This document shows, piece by piece, positions 20,272 through 32,388 of a stretch of DNA of 64,000 nucleotides (its first letter is position 1; each line of letters begins with the position of its first letter). The position numbers and the translations under genes are program-made. The notes beneath the pieces are model-generated. The model saw nothing but the letters and a program-made list of their open reading frames with translations. It was not told the origin of the DNA and made no database searches. Source of the DNA: Guillardia theta CCMP2712 (taxonomy: Eukaryota; Protista; Cryptophyta); assembly GCF_000315625.1 (NCBI RefSeq), contig NW_005434624.1:320007-384006 (forward strand), in the 5' to 3' direction.

Positions 20272-20568
20272 TTTTAATATTAGGATATATTTTATTTTTA
20301 ACTTATTAAACTTATTTTTTCCTTATATCACTTTTTTGACCTTTTATCATTTTTGATGTCTTTAAGTTCAGGCCTTATAACAAAAGAGGTTATAGGTTGT
20401 TCTAGTAATAGATAGACCATTTATTAATATAATCACGTTTATATTTTCTGTATTGTTTCATATAGATATCTTTATTCATTTTGATTTTTGGAGAGAAAAA
20501 GAATAATAACCTTTTATCTTGCTACGCAAGCAAAAGCTTAACCAAAAGAATAATAGAAACGATAGGCT

Positions 20569-20834
20569 GGTAGAGGGGGGGGTAAAGTAGACCCCCCCTT
20601 TGGCATAAGTCTTTCAGCTCTAAGGTTTTATAATTACTTTTAAAAATTTGTGCAATACTTTTACAAACCCCCCCTCTACTTTCCCCCCCCCTCTACCAGC
20701 TTATCTTTTACTCTCTCTTTTTTTATTAAAGATATTATTATTATTACTATTTTGATAAGAAAAAATAATAAAATATATAGTATATTCATTTATAGAATAG
20801 GTAGAGGGGGGGGTAAAGTAGACCCCCCTTTTTG
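20569..20834. repeat. Direct repeat copy 2 (~255 bp), iteron/origin-like
   Basis: Same orientation and nearly the same sequence as 15058-15313, e.g. the shared TTTGGCATAAGTCTTTCAGCTCTAAGGTTTTATAATTACTTTTAAAA. Confidence 0.9.
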
Positions 20835-21045
20835 AAAAGTAGTTTACGTTGGAGGTTAGTAACGTAAAAAAAAGAGGTAACGCATAGCAGACCTGGAAGC
20901 TACCCCCGGAACCCCCCCTCTACTTTTGGGGGGCCTCTACCGGGCCTTATTTATACTACTCGCGACCCTATTGGTTAAGTGCTGCCCTTTTGGAATTGTT
21001 TTTATTAGTGCGTACGGGCCCGCCTAGGCAGGTCAGAGGTCATTG

Positions 21046-21134
21046 TTTTTTTTTTGAGTCGGTGGGAATCGTGGGAATCGAACCGGGGACTGTATGGGCT
21101 AGGAAAAAGGATATGACGACTAGGCCAGGATGCC
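21046..21134 (-). other. tRNA-derived/SINE-like sequence with Pol III A and B boxes and an A-tail
   Basis: Minus strand: GGCATCC-TGGCCTAGTCG (A-box-like)...CCCC-GGTTCGATTCC (B box)...GACTC-A10. No complete cloverleaf. Confidence 0.5.
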
Positions 21135-21283
21135 TTAATACCTTAAAGGGTATAGTTATATATATAGGGGTGTTGGACAAATGTAGAGCATTCACTCAGT
21201 GGATGATGTATAAGGTGACATGTGGCACACAGCGATTGAATGGATGGAGAAGAAAGATTAATAGTAGGCATGCATCCTAGCAT

Positions 21284-21470
21284 AAACCCTCCACAATAAA
21301 AGGAACCCTCCACAAACCTTCCACATATATTTGAAGAGTGAAATGGTAATAGAGAAAGGGGTTGTGTGGAGGGTGTGGAGGGTTTGGAGGGTGTGGAGGG
21401 TTGAAAGTTGAATTGGGGAAAATCAAAAAATATTTAAGAGGAGCAAAATCAAACCCTCCACCCTCCACAC
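21284..21470. repeat. Array of CCCTCCA/TGGAGGG motifs in alternating orientation
   Basis: Three C-strand copies (one variant) at 21287-21324, four G-strand copies at 21366-21400, two C-strand copies at 21454-21468. Confidence 0.8.
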
Positions 21471-22093
21471 CTGCCACGGTGTGCTCAAAGAGCACTGTGC
21501 AGAACGGCAAGTTTCATCAATGATGATTGTTTTCTTTTTATTCGGTTCAGGTCATCGGTTGGGTGCTCCGGGACCACTGTGCAGACGGCAGAACGGCAGA
21601 AGGGAAGAACGGCCATTGGTCACCAAGGGGGGAGCAAGCTCCCGCGGCAAGGCTGCGCCATGCCTTTCCGCCCCCTTGCTGAAATCATGTGAAAGCCTGA
21701 CGAGAATGATAAGGGAAAGTGATAGAGATAAGAAGGCAGTTGTTCATAGTTGAGTCACGAAGGAAAAGTGTAATACGTCAAAAAAGTCACGAAGAAAAAG
21801 TGTGATACCCAAAACGGTCAAATAAGTCAAGTGGTATTAAGCTGCTAGCGGGCCCGGCGGCCGACCACCGCGCCGGGCCGGGGGGCGGCCGAACTTCGGA
21901 ACTTCAGTGACCGTCTCGGCGATGAGACCCTCGTGACTGAGTCCGAAAGGGCCGCGCAGGCTCCTGAGTCCGGGTGAGTCGGACTACGACCGGTCCGGAC
22001 GCCGGGGAGCGAGAAGGCTGCACATTGAAGCAGCCTATAATTAGTAAAGTGGCACCTACGGCGCAATTCTTACAGTACGGTAGTACATGATCC

Positions 22094-22580
22094 GTGACGT
22101 CGGGACATGCTGGCGGTGTATCGGGATGCTTCTGTACACAGGGGAGGTACAAGGACTCGAGCAATGCCTGTTCAAGCTGCCCTGGGGGATTCGTCTGGTT
22201 CAGCACCTTCAAGCCAACTGGGTCGTGGATGTCCAGCCAACCACTGGCTACTCAGGGTCAGGGCTTCTGCAACCGGTCAACCAGATCGTCGCCTTGGGTG
22301 AGCGAGTTCATTGGGAACGGTATCGAAGTCGTGGCAGCAGTGCCGCATCTTGCGGATCAATTTTTTTGGAAGAAAAGCAGGGAGGAGGGAGGAGGAGGGA
22401 GGAGGAGGGAGGAGGGAGGAGGGAGGAGGAGGGAGGAGGAGGGAGGAGGAGGGAGAAAGAGGGAGGAGATTGATAGCGGAAATAGGGGCATGGGGGAAAT
22501 CGGTCCCTATGGCGGCTGCACCCCCTGCCCCGCCGGCACAACCACGCAGTATGAGGGCAGGACTGGGAGCACCGGTCTGA
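22094..22580 (+). pseudogene. Fragment of a Cys-rich (GCC2/GCC3-like) repeat protein
   Basis: CFCTQGRYKDSSNACSSCPGG and CTPCPAGTTTQYEG. No convincing start codon; interrupted by a GGA repeat. Confidence 0.3.
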
Positions 22581-22592
22581 ATCAGTTTTACT

Positions 22593-23342
22593 TCATTCTC
22601 TGTTTCTGTACTTCCAGATGGCAAAGAGGATGAGTGCGACAATGACGAAGGCCATGAAGGAGAAGGTTGAGAGAATGATGATGTCATCTGACAGCAGCGA
22701 TGAGCATCATGTTCACCGACGATCGTACAAGTCAAGACCTGGGAAGAGCGCAGCTGCTATGAGGATCTTCCGGCACGAAGAGTCTCCTTTGGCGGCAACC
22801 TGTGCACCTGCACGTCAGCTACTGACATGTCCGGGGAGATGGGAGGTGATAGGAAGAGATGACAGGAGAAAGGTGATAGGAAGAAGCTGATGGTGTACCA
22901 TCCCCACGGCTGACAAGGAGGCGCATCGGTCCTTTGCGGTTGATCGGCTGGCCCCGCAGTTCCTGTACGCTTGCAAGCAGTTGTTGTAGCAGACAGGGAC
23001 GATCACGCGGAACTGGCAAGGAGGGAAGTACATTGCGCACATGAACTTCCCGAAGTAGTCAATGCAGTTGCCCGCGTTGTCTTGAAGCTTCATCGCCCTG
23101 ACGGCCATCTTCGCATCGATGTCTCCAGTCTGTCCAGCAGCAGGCAGTCAACATGGGCGTGAATGGAGGTCAGTCTTTGACGACTTGCTCACCGGGAATG
23201 CGCAGACGTCCTCGGTGACATAGCAGAACTCGTTTGTCAATGGCAGCGAACAGTTTGCCATGCAGAACCGAATTGCAGAGGCGGCATGAAGCCCAGCGAA
23301 TAGAAGAATACATGGCAACAAGACGGTTCGTTCCATCCTCAT
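22593..23342 (-). CDS. Type I membrane protein with a Frizzled-like cysteine-rich domain (multi-exon)
   Basis: Signal peptide (LLPCILLFAGLHAASA), NCIDYFGKFMCAMYFPPC...PVCYNNCLQAYRNC, and a final exon with a TM helix IIILSTFSFMAFVIVALILFAIWKYR. Confidence 0.6.
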
Positions 23343-23756
23343 GTCAGACCCTGGTCCTTACGCCGGTTTCAGTGATGGTGATCTTGTGATATTCGGCTGG
23401 TACAGTCGCTTCAACGTGGTGGCGCCGTGTCATTGTATGTCGTCTCTTCACTACCTGCCATCTTGCTCGTTGTGTTGGCCTCTTCTAGCAGGTCATTCGC
23501 TGCTCTTCCCCGCTCTCTCAGCATGATCTTCTCCGCCTCCCTCCTTCTTCGCATCTTAGTCTCCTGCGGCGAGTCAACATTGTTGACAGGCAGTTGTCGC
23601 CCTCACCCAGGCTCGCTGAGGCGGACTGGCTCAAAACCTTGACAAGGGGGTAGTTAAGGAAATATATGGGGTGGGGGTGGACGGGGATGAAAATGCACAG
23701 TGGGTGAGAAACAAGTGTAGGACTATACGTGAAGGAGAGAGAAGAGCGAGAGGAAC

Positions 23757-23863
23757 GAGGAGAGGAGAGGAGAGGAGAGGAGAGGAGAGGAGAGGAGAGG
23801 AGAGGAGAGGAGAGGAGAGGAGAGGAGAGGAGAGGAGAGGAGAGGAGAGGAGAGGAGAGGAGA
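23757..23863 (+). repeat. (GAGAG)n pentanucleotide microsatellite
   Basis: Directly visible. Other simple repeats occur at 24716-24912 (CAT/CGT), 25915-25970 (CCT), 26227-26408 and 35948-36024 (GGGA), 61169-61229 (CAG) and 63143-63253 (CAT). Confidence 0.95.
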
Positions 23864-26800
23864 GCAGGAAGGTGGAGACAGGGAGTAAACGAAGAACTTC
23901 GGAAGATGAGACGACGGGATGAAGGCTCGACCCGAACAAATAGTGATGTTGCAAACCATGCTGAGGACGAGAAGGAGCATGGGAAGCTTTTCGCGTACAG
24001 CGGACCAGGATCAGTCTGGAGTGATATCACAAGAACGGCCAGCGTCACGACGTCAGAGACCAAGTTTCTTGTGCATCCTCACATTGCAGAGTTCTACTGC
24101 TTCTTGACTTCTCCAGCCTACTTGCTGCCCTGGTGATAAGACTGCCATGGAACCCTTTCGCGACTGATCGCACTGCAGCTCTCTATGGTGGAGCTCAACC
24201 TCTTCCCTTCCGACCTGCTTCCATGTCGCGCTGATTTTTTGTGCTCAAACGGCATTTTTCTCGCTCATCTACCACGCGACAGTCATGAAGGTCTGTCCCC
24301 ACTGCAGTCTGTGCTCGCACTACAGCCTGTGCTCGCACTACAGTCTGTGCTGGCGATGCTGATGGCGAACAGGCCCTAGGAAGTCTGGATGCTGCACAGG
24401 CTGTGATGACTTTCTATACTGTCTCCTTGATCCTTGCCGGGGTTCTGGACATGAAAGTGCACTTGGTACCGATGGCTCGAAGAGCTTCTGGTGGGCTCAA
24501 GTCTCTTCAGGTCGTCATTGCGGTGCTTTGCTCGCTGTTCGTGTACAACTGGAGGAAGACGGCGAAGTTGTCGATCTATCTCACCTCGCTCGTTGTTCCT
24601 TACTCCATGTCAGCTTTCAGACGCATGTTGTGTCCATCTCATCATTGCTCAGGTACACATTGTGGATCAATGGGGAATGGCTTGCAGGTTGTCCTTGTAC
24701 CCCGTTACCCTTCTATCATCATCATCATCATCGTCGTCGTCGTCGTCATCATCAACAACAGCAGCAGCAGCAGCAGCACCACCACCATCATCATCATCGT
24801 CCTCATCATCGTCCTCATCATCATCATCGTCGTCGTCATCATCATCATCGTCATCATCATCATCTCCATCATCATCCCCATCATCTCCATCGTTGTCGTC
24901 GTCGTCATCATCATTCTCATATGCTCGTATGCAGATGTTGTGTTTGTCGTGGGTGTTGCCTCCTTTCTTCTCGATCGCTATCGATGTATCCCGCTTCACA
25001 GGTCCTGCAACGCTCTCGCTTGCTGCTCGTGACGCTGCCGCAGCCTCTGGCATGCCTGCGCCGCTTTCACGTGCCATCGATGTTGCCAGCTAGGGATGAA
25101 GCTTCACGTACTACATTGAATTCCAGTCTATTCCTCCTCCTCCTTCATGCTCCTCCCCATGCTCCTCCCACCAACGCTCCTTCTTCCATACTGACCTGCT
25201 AGTCTTGCATCGCCAGCAAAGGGTCCTAGCATGCAGGTCAGAGCGCATTCTAGTCAACCATACGACGGGTGTAGGACCTGAGAGCAAGTCGTCCGTGCTT
25301 GAGTTTCAGGTCAATACCCCAACTTCTTGGCCAACCGCAGAGAATCTTCGACGGAGATCCGATTCGTCGGCTCTTCGCCATTTCCATTCCCTGGCTCCAG
25401 CTGTGACCAATTCCAGTTCTCGTCCTCCTCGTCTTGATCTTCCTCTCCGTTGCTGTATCTGCTCCCTACGTTCTTCTCCGCCTTTCGCTTGTGATGCGTA
25501 CGGTATTGATGCTGTCAAAATCATCGTCATCGCTAGCCCTTGATGCAGCCGGCAGTGCAGAGTACAACCTTGGCGAAGTACTCCTTCCAATCAGGATCTG
25601 ATTGCAAAGTGTAGTAAGTCACTCCCCTCCATTTGAATGCGCCGTCATCATTACCTAGCTCCACCTCCTCCTCCTCCTGGCTCTCGTTCACCGGCTTCTC
25701 ACATCAGACAGCGAAAGTTTTGCAAGCGGATGCGAACCTTTGGACGGACCCATCCTCGTCCGTTGGGAACACGGAACCATATACCTTCAGAGGGGTTCCG
25801 ATTGAACATGAACGGATGGTTGTATGGAAAGTGCCTTCCTCACTGCGTCAGTCCTTGGCATTCTCTTCAACCTCTCTACCCCTCGAACTTATTCCGCCGC
25901 ACCCCCAAACCCCTCTCCTCCTCCTCCTCCTCCTCCTCCTCCTCCTCCTCCTCCTCCTCCTCCTCCTCCTCTCCTTCCTCCTTGCACACTCACTCCAAGG
26001 GAGTATCGTCGAGAATGCCACCTGGAAACGGCTCTTCCTCGGCTATCACGGTGCCGTTGGGGTCGCAGAGCCGCACGAGCTTCTCCGGGAACAGCTTCCT
26101 GCACTCCTGCGGGGAAGTCTTCATCGGGTGGGTAGGGGAGCGGAGCTGGGACCTTGAGTTCTTCCTCAGTGAGAGGAGGGAGCCTGGAAAACTCTTCTAT
26201 TCGGTGATCGCCTGCTCAGAGTTTAAAGGGAGGGAGGGAGGGAGGGAGGGAGGGAGGGAGGGAGGGAGGCGAGGGAAGGAGGGGAGGGGAGGGAGGGCGA
26301 GGCGAGGCGAGGGAGGGAGGGAGGGAGGCAGGGAGGGAGGGAGGGAGGGAGGCAGGCAGGCAGGGAGGGAGGGAGGGAGGGAGGGAAGGAGGGAGGGAGG
26401 GAGGGAGGATGAGGTGAGAGTGGAGTGAGAAAGCAGATAATGAGGATGGAAGTGAAAGTGTTCGGGTGACCTAGGACCCATTGGGGGATTTTCCGCCCTT
26501 CAATCGATGACAACTGAAGAGTGTCAGGCAAGGAGCAGAAGGGTCAAGAAGCGGATGTACAAGTTGTGAACCCTCGTCGGTGGCTTCAGGCGATTCGGCA
26601 AGGTAGAAAATCTGGCGGAAGGGAGGGATGAGCCAGTGGGGGAACTGAAGAGAACAGAAAGAACTAGAGAGGGACGGAAGGAGAGAGGAAAAGGCGGAAA
26701 GGGGGGAGGGGAGGGGGAAGGTGGGAGATGGGATCGAAATTTGATTGCCTGCTCATCATAATCTGCAATCCTTGCTTCGATTCTGATCGATTCAGCTCAG

Positions 26801-29800
26801 TACACAAGTTTTTTTTGTGAGTATGGGTGAGGAATGCACAGGGGAAAGCAACAACAGGAAAGGTCAAATGAAAACAATCACAAGCCGGTGTAACATGTGA
26901 ACTATTTCACATTTCCTACCTCTCTTGCAGTTTGTGCATCTTCTGAAAGTAATCTTCCTGGAAACCATGGATACTAAGGTTTTGCACAACACATGCATCA
27001 CTGCAAACCAGCACGTCTTGCAAACGCTCGTCATCATTCTTGTATTCTTCTGGCTCTTCCATGGGAGTCGTCGTGCCAGGTTGAAATTCTTTGAAATTTC
27101 TCCTGTTGGAGCATCAGAAGAGCCATTTCAATGTGCAGTAGCCCTAGAAAAAGATTTCAAGGTGCCTGTCACATACCAGTCATCTGCTTCCGAATCATGC
27201 TCTTTCCCCTTCTTTTTGACGGAAGACAGCCTCTTTGCAACGAGTTTTATGTCATCCTGCAGTTTTCTTATTTGTTTTCGGACTGCGAAGTTGTTATCAG
27301 AAGTCGCTGCAAGAACTGCAAAGGAACAACCTGACCATAAACAAGTTTGGAGCCTCGCGATTCTCGATCGCAAGACATTACCCCGGTTGCCATCATCCTG
27401 GCAGTTTCATCATCGCCTACACAACAATTGCCGTCTACCCTACAAACGCTAACCTCACTGAATCACACTAGTTCATTTTCTGCTCTGGCCTCTTTTGCAT
27501 CTGCTGCCCGTTCTACTCTTCCTCCCTCCATACCAAGAAATAAGCTGAGTCGGATGAGTCACATCTAATTGCGTCCTCTGCTTCTTCAAACAATTCTGAA
27601 CCAAAAAGAGCATCAGTAAAGAACTCCACCACCCTCAAAGTGAATGTGATAACCAGGGTCTGGAACGAATGAAAACGTGTTGCTGCAAGCATGGTAAGAT
27701 ATGTTTGTTGACGATTAAAAGAGGGTCACCCTTTCACTTTCTTGCCCCCTTCCTTCTCCTCCACTATTGGGATGATAGAGGAGGTTACAAACTGTTCGAG
27801 TCTATCTTCCAACCTTTGAACTTTCGTCCCACCAATGTGTAAACAAACTGACCAAAGGCAAAGAGAGCTTACTCTTGTTCTCTAACGTCAGAAGCTTGGT
27901 TGCTTGCTTCGAGTGGCTGAAATCGTCGAGCTTTCCCACCTTCCCTAATGACAAGATGTCAACGATTGAATCTCGTGTTAAATAGTACCCTCTCTTGCTT
28001 TCTCGAGATCACGTTCTGTGTATTCTATGATCTTATTGAGCAGAAAAGTCAGAAAGTTGGGCATAGTTGAACATTCAGAATTAATGATGCAAGAAATGAA
28101 CAACAATGTCTTGGTTGCTGAAGGTAAGTACAAAAGGATTCGTTGCAATCTTACTTTGAGACGGCGACGGAGCTCATTCACAGTCTCGTTCTGTTGTAGC
28201 GGTGAGAAAAACAAATACACAAGAACGAAACTTGACATGTCGGGAACTCAAACTTTCTTCTGATTGCATTATCAAGACTTTTCCGATGGCTTTCCCTAAG
28301 TCCACTGTTACATCAATCCATGACCAACCTCTTCACTCACTGATCTTCTTCTTTTGTGATCTCTGAATGCTGGCAGGATCAGAGAGTCGAGCAGATTCCT
28401 GTGATGGACATACAACATGTTGAGTTTGCATCTCCTTGCCTCTACAGCTTTGCAAACCTCACTAGAGTCTTCCCCCCTGCAACGTCGAGCAGCAAAGGCA
28501 GGTTCAGACGATGTGTACTGTCAGCACAGACATTTACATGAATGCGACCCTCCTGCTGTCAGAGTTGTTCTTCGAGCCGGTATATGAGATCCGCACACGG
28601 AACACTCTGGCAGATCTGAGAATCAAATCAGTGAGAGGGATCAGACAAACGAAAGTCAAGAGTGGATCAGGCATGTATGAGCGGGGAGCCAAACCTTCCG
28701 AACTTCAGCTCGTCGTTGTTGCGGAGAAGCAGGTAATATCTGAGTGAGGACCACTTCAGCCATCACGTTGTATCGCCATCATCATTTCTCACTTCTTCTG
28801 CAGGAGCTCTCCGTTGACGTACGTCCCATGTGAGCTCCCCATGTCATAAAGGAAACAGAGTCCCTAACATGTCCAATCAGACTTCGCCCCAATCCCAGCC
28901 TTCCCCCCTAATTTTCTCGTCTCCACAACCCTTACAATGGTAGATTTGTTCAATGCTCTTACCAACTTGTTGAATTGCAAGATCGCATGCACTCTAGAAA
29001 CTGATGGGTGCTCCAGCAAAATATCACTTGTCTCTTTCTGCCTTCCAACCTTCCGACAGTGGATTAGGGGAGATATAACCAGATGTCAGAAATGGGGAGA
29101 ACAGCGCAACGGTGGTTGGATAATACGCACAGTGTAGAATGCTTTTGACTTCAACTGAAAATTGTTGACGACGCTGCTCGTCTGTTAAGCTGCTAGACTT
29201 GCAAAAGGCGATCAGACCTGTCGTTCTTCAAAACCTCCAGATTGAAAAGCGAACTTGACATCGGTCTCTCCCCCCAATCAGGCATGACATATTCCCTACA
29301 ACAAACGAGGGAGAAATGACTTGATCTCTTGCTCTACCTGACACATTCATCACCTCATGTCTGCTTCTTCCCTCCTCCCTCCTCTGCGACTCTGACTCCT
29401 GCTCAGCAAAGGAATTTACCAAACAAGATTTCTTCCTTCCATGCTCAACAAACCGTTCGATGCTGAATGTCAAAATGAATCAAATCATAATCATGACAGG
29501 TAGGCAATCTTCACCTTCTCGCTCTGCTTTCACTCCTCTGCCGCTCCATACTGCATTCCCAGGTCATCGTGCCTATGAGCACAGACACAAGCAGTGCACC
29601 TCCGCTCTCGGAACCCTCCTCCTCCGAGCTTCTTCATCGCTCTGATAATCGAGAAGCGTCAGTCGTGAGTGGAGTGTGGGCATGCCGCACTTGTATTCCA
29701 TCTCGTCTCGAGCATTGTAGAGGTCGTAGTCTCGATCTGGCAGGTCGCCCTCTGACGATTCTCACCATCTCAGCCTTCAACCCGCCATGAGCGCAAACTA

Positions 29801-30802
29801 CCTGATCCCCAACCACCTCCACGCAATGCCTCACACCGACTGCAGGAAGCCATGGCGCTGGTCAGGTTCAGAACCATGCTTCGCTCGCGCCTCTGCCTGC
29901 ATGCCGCGAGTTGGTCGCCACGAAGTGAGCGAGCAGGGGATCGGATTTGACGATTATTCGAGGAAGTTGTCGACACTGCAGAGCAGAGGAAAACCAAGGT
30001 GATTCGTGTATGAAGCATGCCTTCGCTTCTCAAAGCAGGCATCATCAGATGGAGGATCAAAGGCCAGTGCTTGCCAACAAAACCCAAGTCACGAAATCTC
30101 GTTTTGATGGGGTATCCTCCTTCACCATTCTAGCAGCTGGTCTCTTACTAGTCTCCCTCGCCTTGCCCTTCAAAATCTCTTCCTCATGCGCATCTTCTGC
30201 GCAGCGGAGCCATGTTTATGTGCCTTCTTTCCCCGTTTCCGCTCTCGCCATTGCGAGTTTGCGGACGCATCCATTCCTCCACCCCTACCCACCAAGTAAA
30301 TACATGTACCCGGTACTTGCTCTATGATTCTGTCTCAGATAGACTGGTACCTTACCCACCTACCCCTCATGGATGAATGATCGTCCGCTTCCGTCCCCCA
30401 TGGCGAGCCCAAGAAACCGCAGGAGGGCAGGATGGTGAAGGAGGTCATGGAGAGCAAGGGAGAGGAGAAGCGAGATGGTAGCGACATGAAGGAGGGATCA
30501 TGATCAGAGCATGCTGACGAAAGATCTCTCAGAGGGGATGATGGAACGGATGGAGAGTAGAGGCGGAGGGTGAGGTGCAGGAGAGGCAGGGGAGGGAGGG
30601 AGGGACTGAATCAAGCTCTTGGATAGTAGTTCTCTGAATGCAGGAGGAGACAGCTTTAGATCTGAGCCAGACCAGCGACAAGATATAGGAACGGTGGGAA
30701 GGGGCTATCCGTTGATCTTGACTGATGCCGGTCATTGACGTCTTGCTTTCAGGTTTGATTTCTCTGGCACTTCCGAAGAGACATGTCTTGATCAGTGAGA
30801 GG

Positions 30803-31560
30803 ATGGAAACGAGCAGAAATCTCGCGTCTGTGTCGTTGCTCCTCGTCCTATCGCAGCTCATCGTCCCCACCATCTCCTACATCCCCACCAGTTGCCGGTG
30901 GCCAGGCCGCCTCAACGTCATGCAGCGCGCCGTCAGCCTAAGATGCACTGGAGACGGAGGGAGCCGAGACGAGGAGACAGAAAGCCTCCGGCAGTATCGG
31001 AACATCGAGAGCTGGTATGAAGCTCGGATCTCAAAGGATCCTATCAGTGCAGAAGACCTCGCCAACTATGCTATCTACCTGCAAGTTGTGCGAGGCAAGG
31101 CGGAACGAGCCGCTCTCATGTACGAGATGGCGCTGAGAGTTGACCCTATCCTCTCAAGGAAGGTCGCGCTCGATCAATGGATCCGCAACGGTCCTCATAT
31201 CTCATGCGCTGGCGCCGGTCGCTGACATGCCCTTGTTGCAGTCTCAGCGGCGGACCTCGTGAGCATATCACGTGAGTGATCGATCAACAACTTGCGGGGC
31301 TGTTGACTCCTTCCTCTCAGTCGCCAAGATGAGCTCTCCGTTGATCCCTCGGCTAGCCTTGGCGAAGGTGATGGTGCCGAGGATAAGAGGTGAGTGTAGA
31401 GTGTGGTGTTGTGTGCGGTCAACTCATGCTGCGAAGTTCGAAGGATTATGCTTCCCAAGCGGAGGTATTGAGAGCAGGACAAGCGGTGTACAAGTCAGGT
31501 GACAGACAGCACAAGAGTGTTTAGAAGAAGCTGGATCTTTCTTTCTCTAGACTGAGTGAA
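30803..31560 (+). CDS. Signal-peptide-bearing protein with a TPR-like repeat (multi-exon, 3' end approximate)
   Basis: Hydrophobic leader LASVSLLLVLSQLIVP and a basic transit-like segment; EDLANYAIYLQVVRGKAERAALMYEMALRVDP is TPR-like. Confidence 0.5.
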
Positions 31561-32388
31561 GATCTCTTGTCCCTAGTGAGCAGCCAAGACCCTTCGGAGG
31601 AGAAGCTTCGCTGTCCCCTCAAGGACGTAGGGCTCAAGTAGGCTGCATCCAGCGTGCTGTAAAGTCATCAGCCCATAGATCGAGCTGTGGACATCTTCAG
31701 GACAAGACCTGTAAGGCTTCTCCGGCGCCTGCTCGTCCCGCGAGCTCACGGTGGGGGAGGTGAAGTAGGAGGCGCAGGCTTGCAGTCACATCAGCTTCGC
31801 TCTCGCACTTCGCCTCGTCACCTGGCATCTTCGGCGGGTTCCTCGAAGCAGACTTGGCGATGAACTTGGTGAGCCATGGCTTCCGGTCTAGCTTCTGCCC
31901 GAGCTGCGGTCCCTTCTCCTGCCACCTGCCGTCAGGGGCTGACGAGAGCTGATGGGGCCGTGACCTCCGACTCGAGAGCAGACGGACTCTGAGGCCCGCC
32001 TTTCTTCACTCCATGCTCGAAGGGAGAGAACATGCGTCCCAGCCCGCCTGCAGGGCTGATGAGACATGAAAGACATCGCTGCTTCACCTTTCTCTGCTTC
32101 CAGCGTCTCCTCCGACGGAGGATACTTCCAAAACCCCGTGGCAAAGATCTTTCTGTTCTCCTGCGCGCACAAGGAGCTGAGTTTCATCGGACATGGAGCA
32201 GGCTGGTCACCTCAGCATAATCTCTTCTTGTGACGAGGTCACGATAGTACTCCGGATGCTGCAGCCCCTCGCTCAGTCTCATCGCACTCGCAGAGCAGAG
32301 TTATTTTCCGCTCACCATCCCTTCAGGGATCGCGTCCTCCCCGTTGTACTTTCTCACCTGCTCGCACATCAACACCACACCCTCTCGC

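Larger units (their letters stand above)
1..21480. mobile_element. Endogenous Polinton-like virus (provirus). The left end is outside the window; the right boundary is approximate (~21,480, at most ~21,840).
   Basis: Strongly AT-rich, intron-less, tightly packed ORFs, in contrast to the GC-richer intron-rich host DNA after ~21.8 kb. Encodes A32 ATPase, MCP-like x2, penton-like, SF3 helicase and tyrosine recombinase, the canonical PLV gene set. Confidence 0.92.

Noticed and set aside
21046-21134. Functional tRNA gene
   Set aside because: No convincing acceptor or anticodon stems, and it has an internal T5 and an A-tail.
24403-26531. Poly-His, poly-Ser, poly-Asp and poly-Pro ORFs
   Set aside because: Translations of probably intronic microsatellites. 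A real multi-exon gene may exist here but could not be modelled.
26900-29500. Possible multi-exon coiled-coil gene on the minus strand
   Set aside because: Short exon-like pieces with no recognisable domain; boundaries and product cannot be supported.
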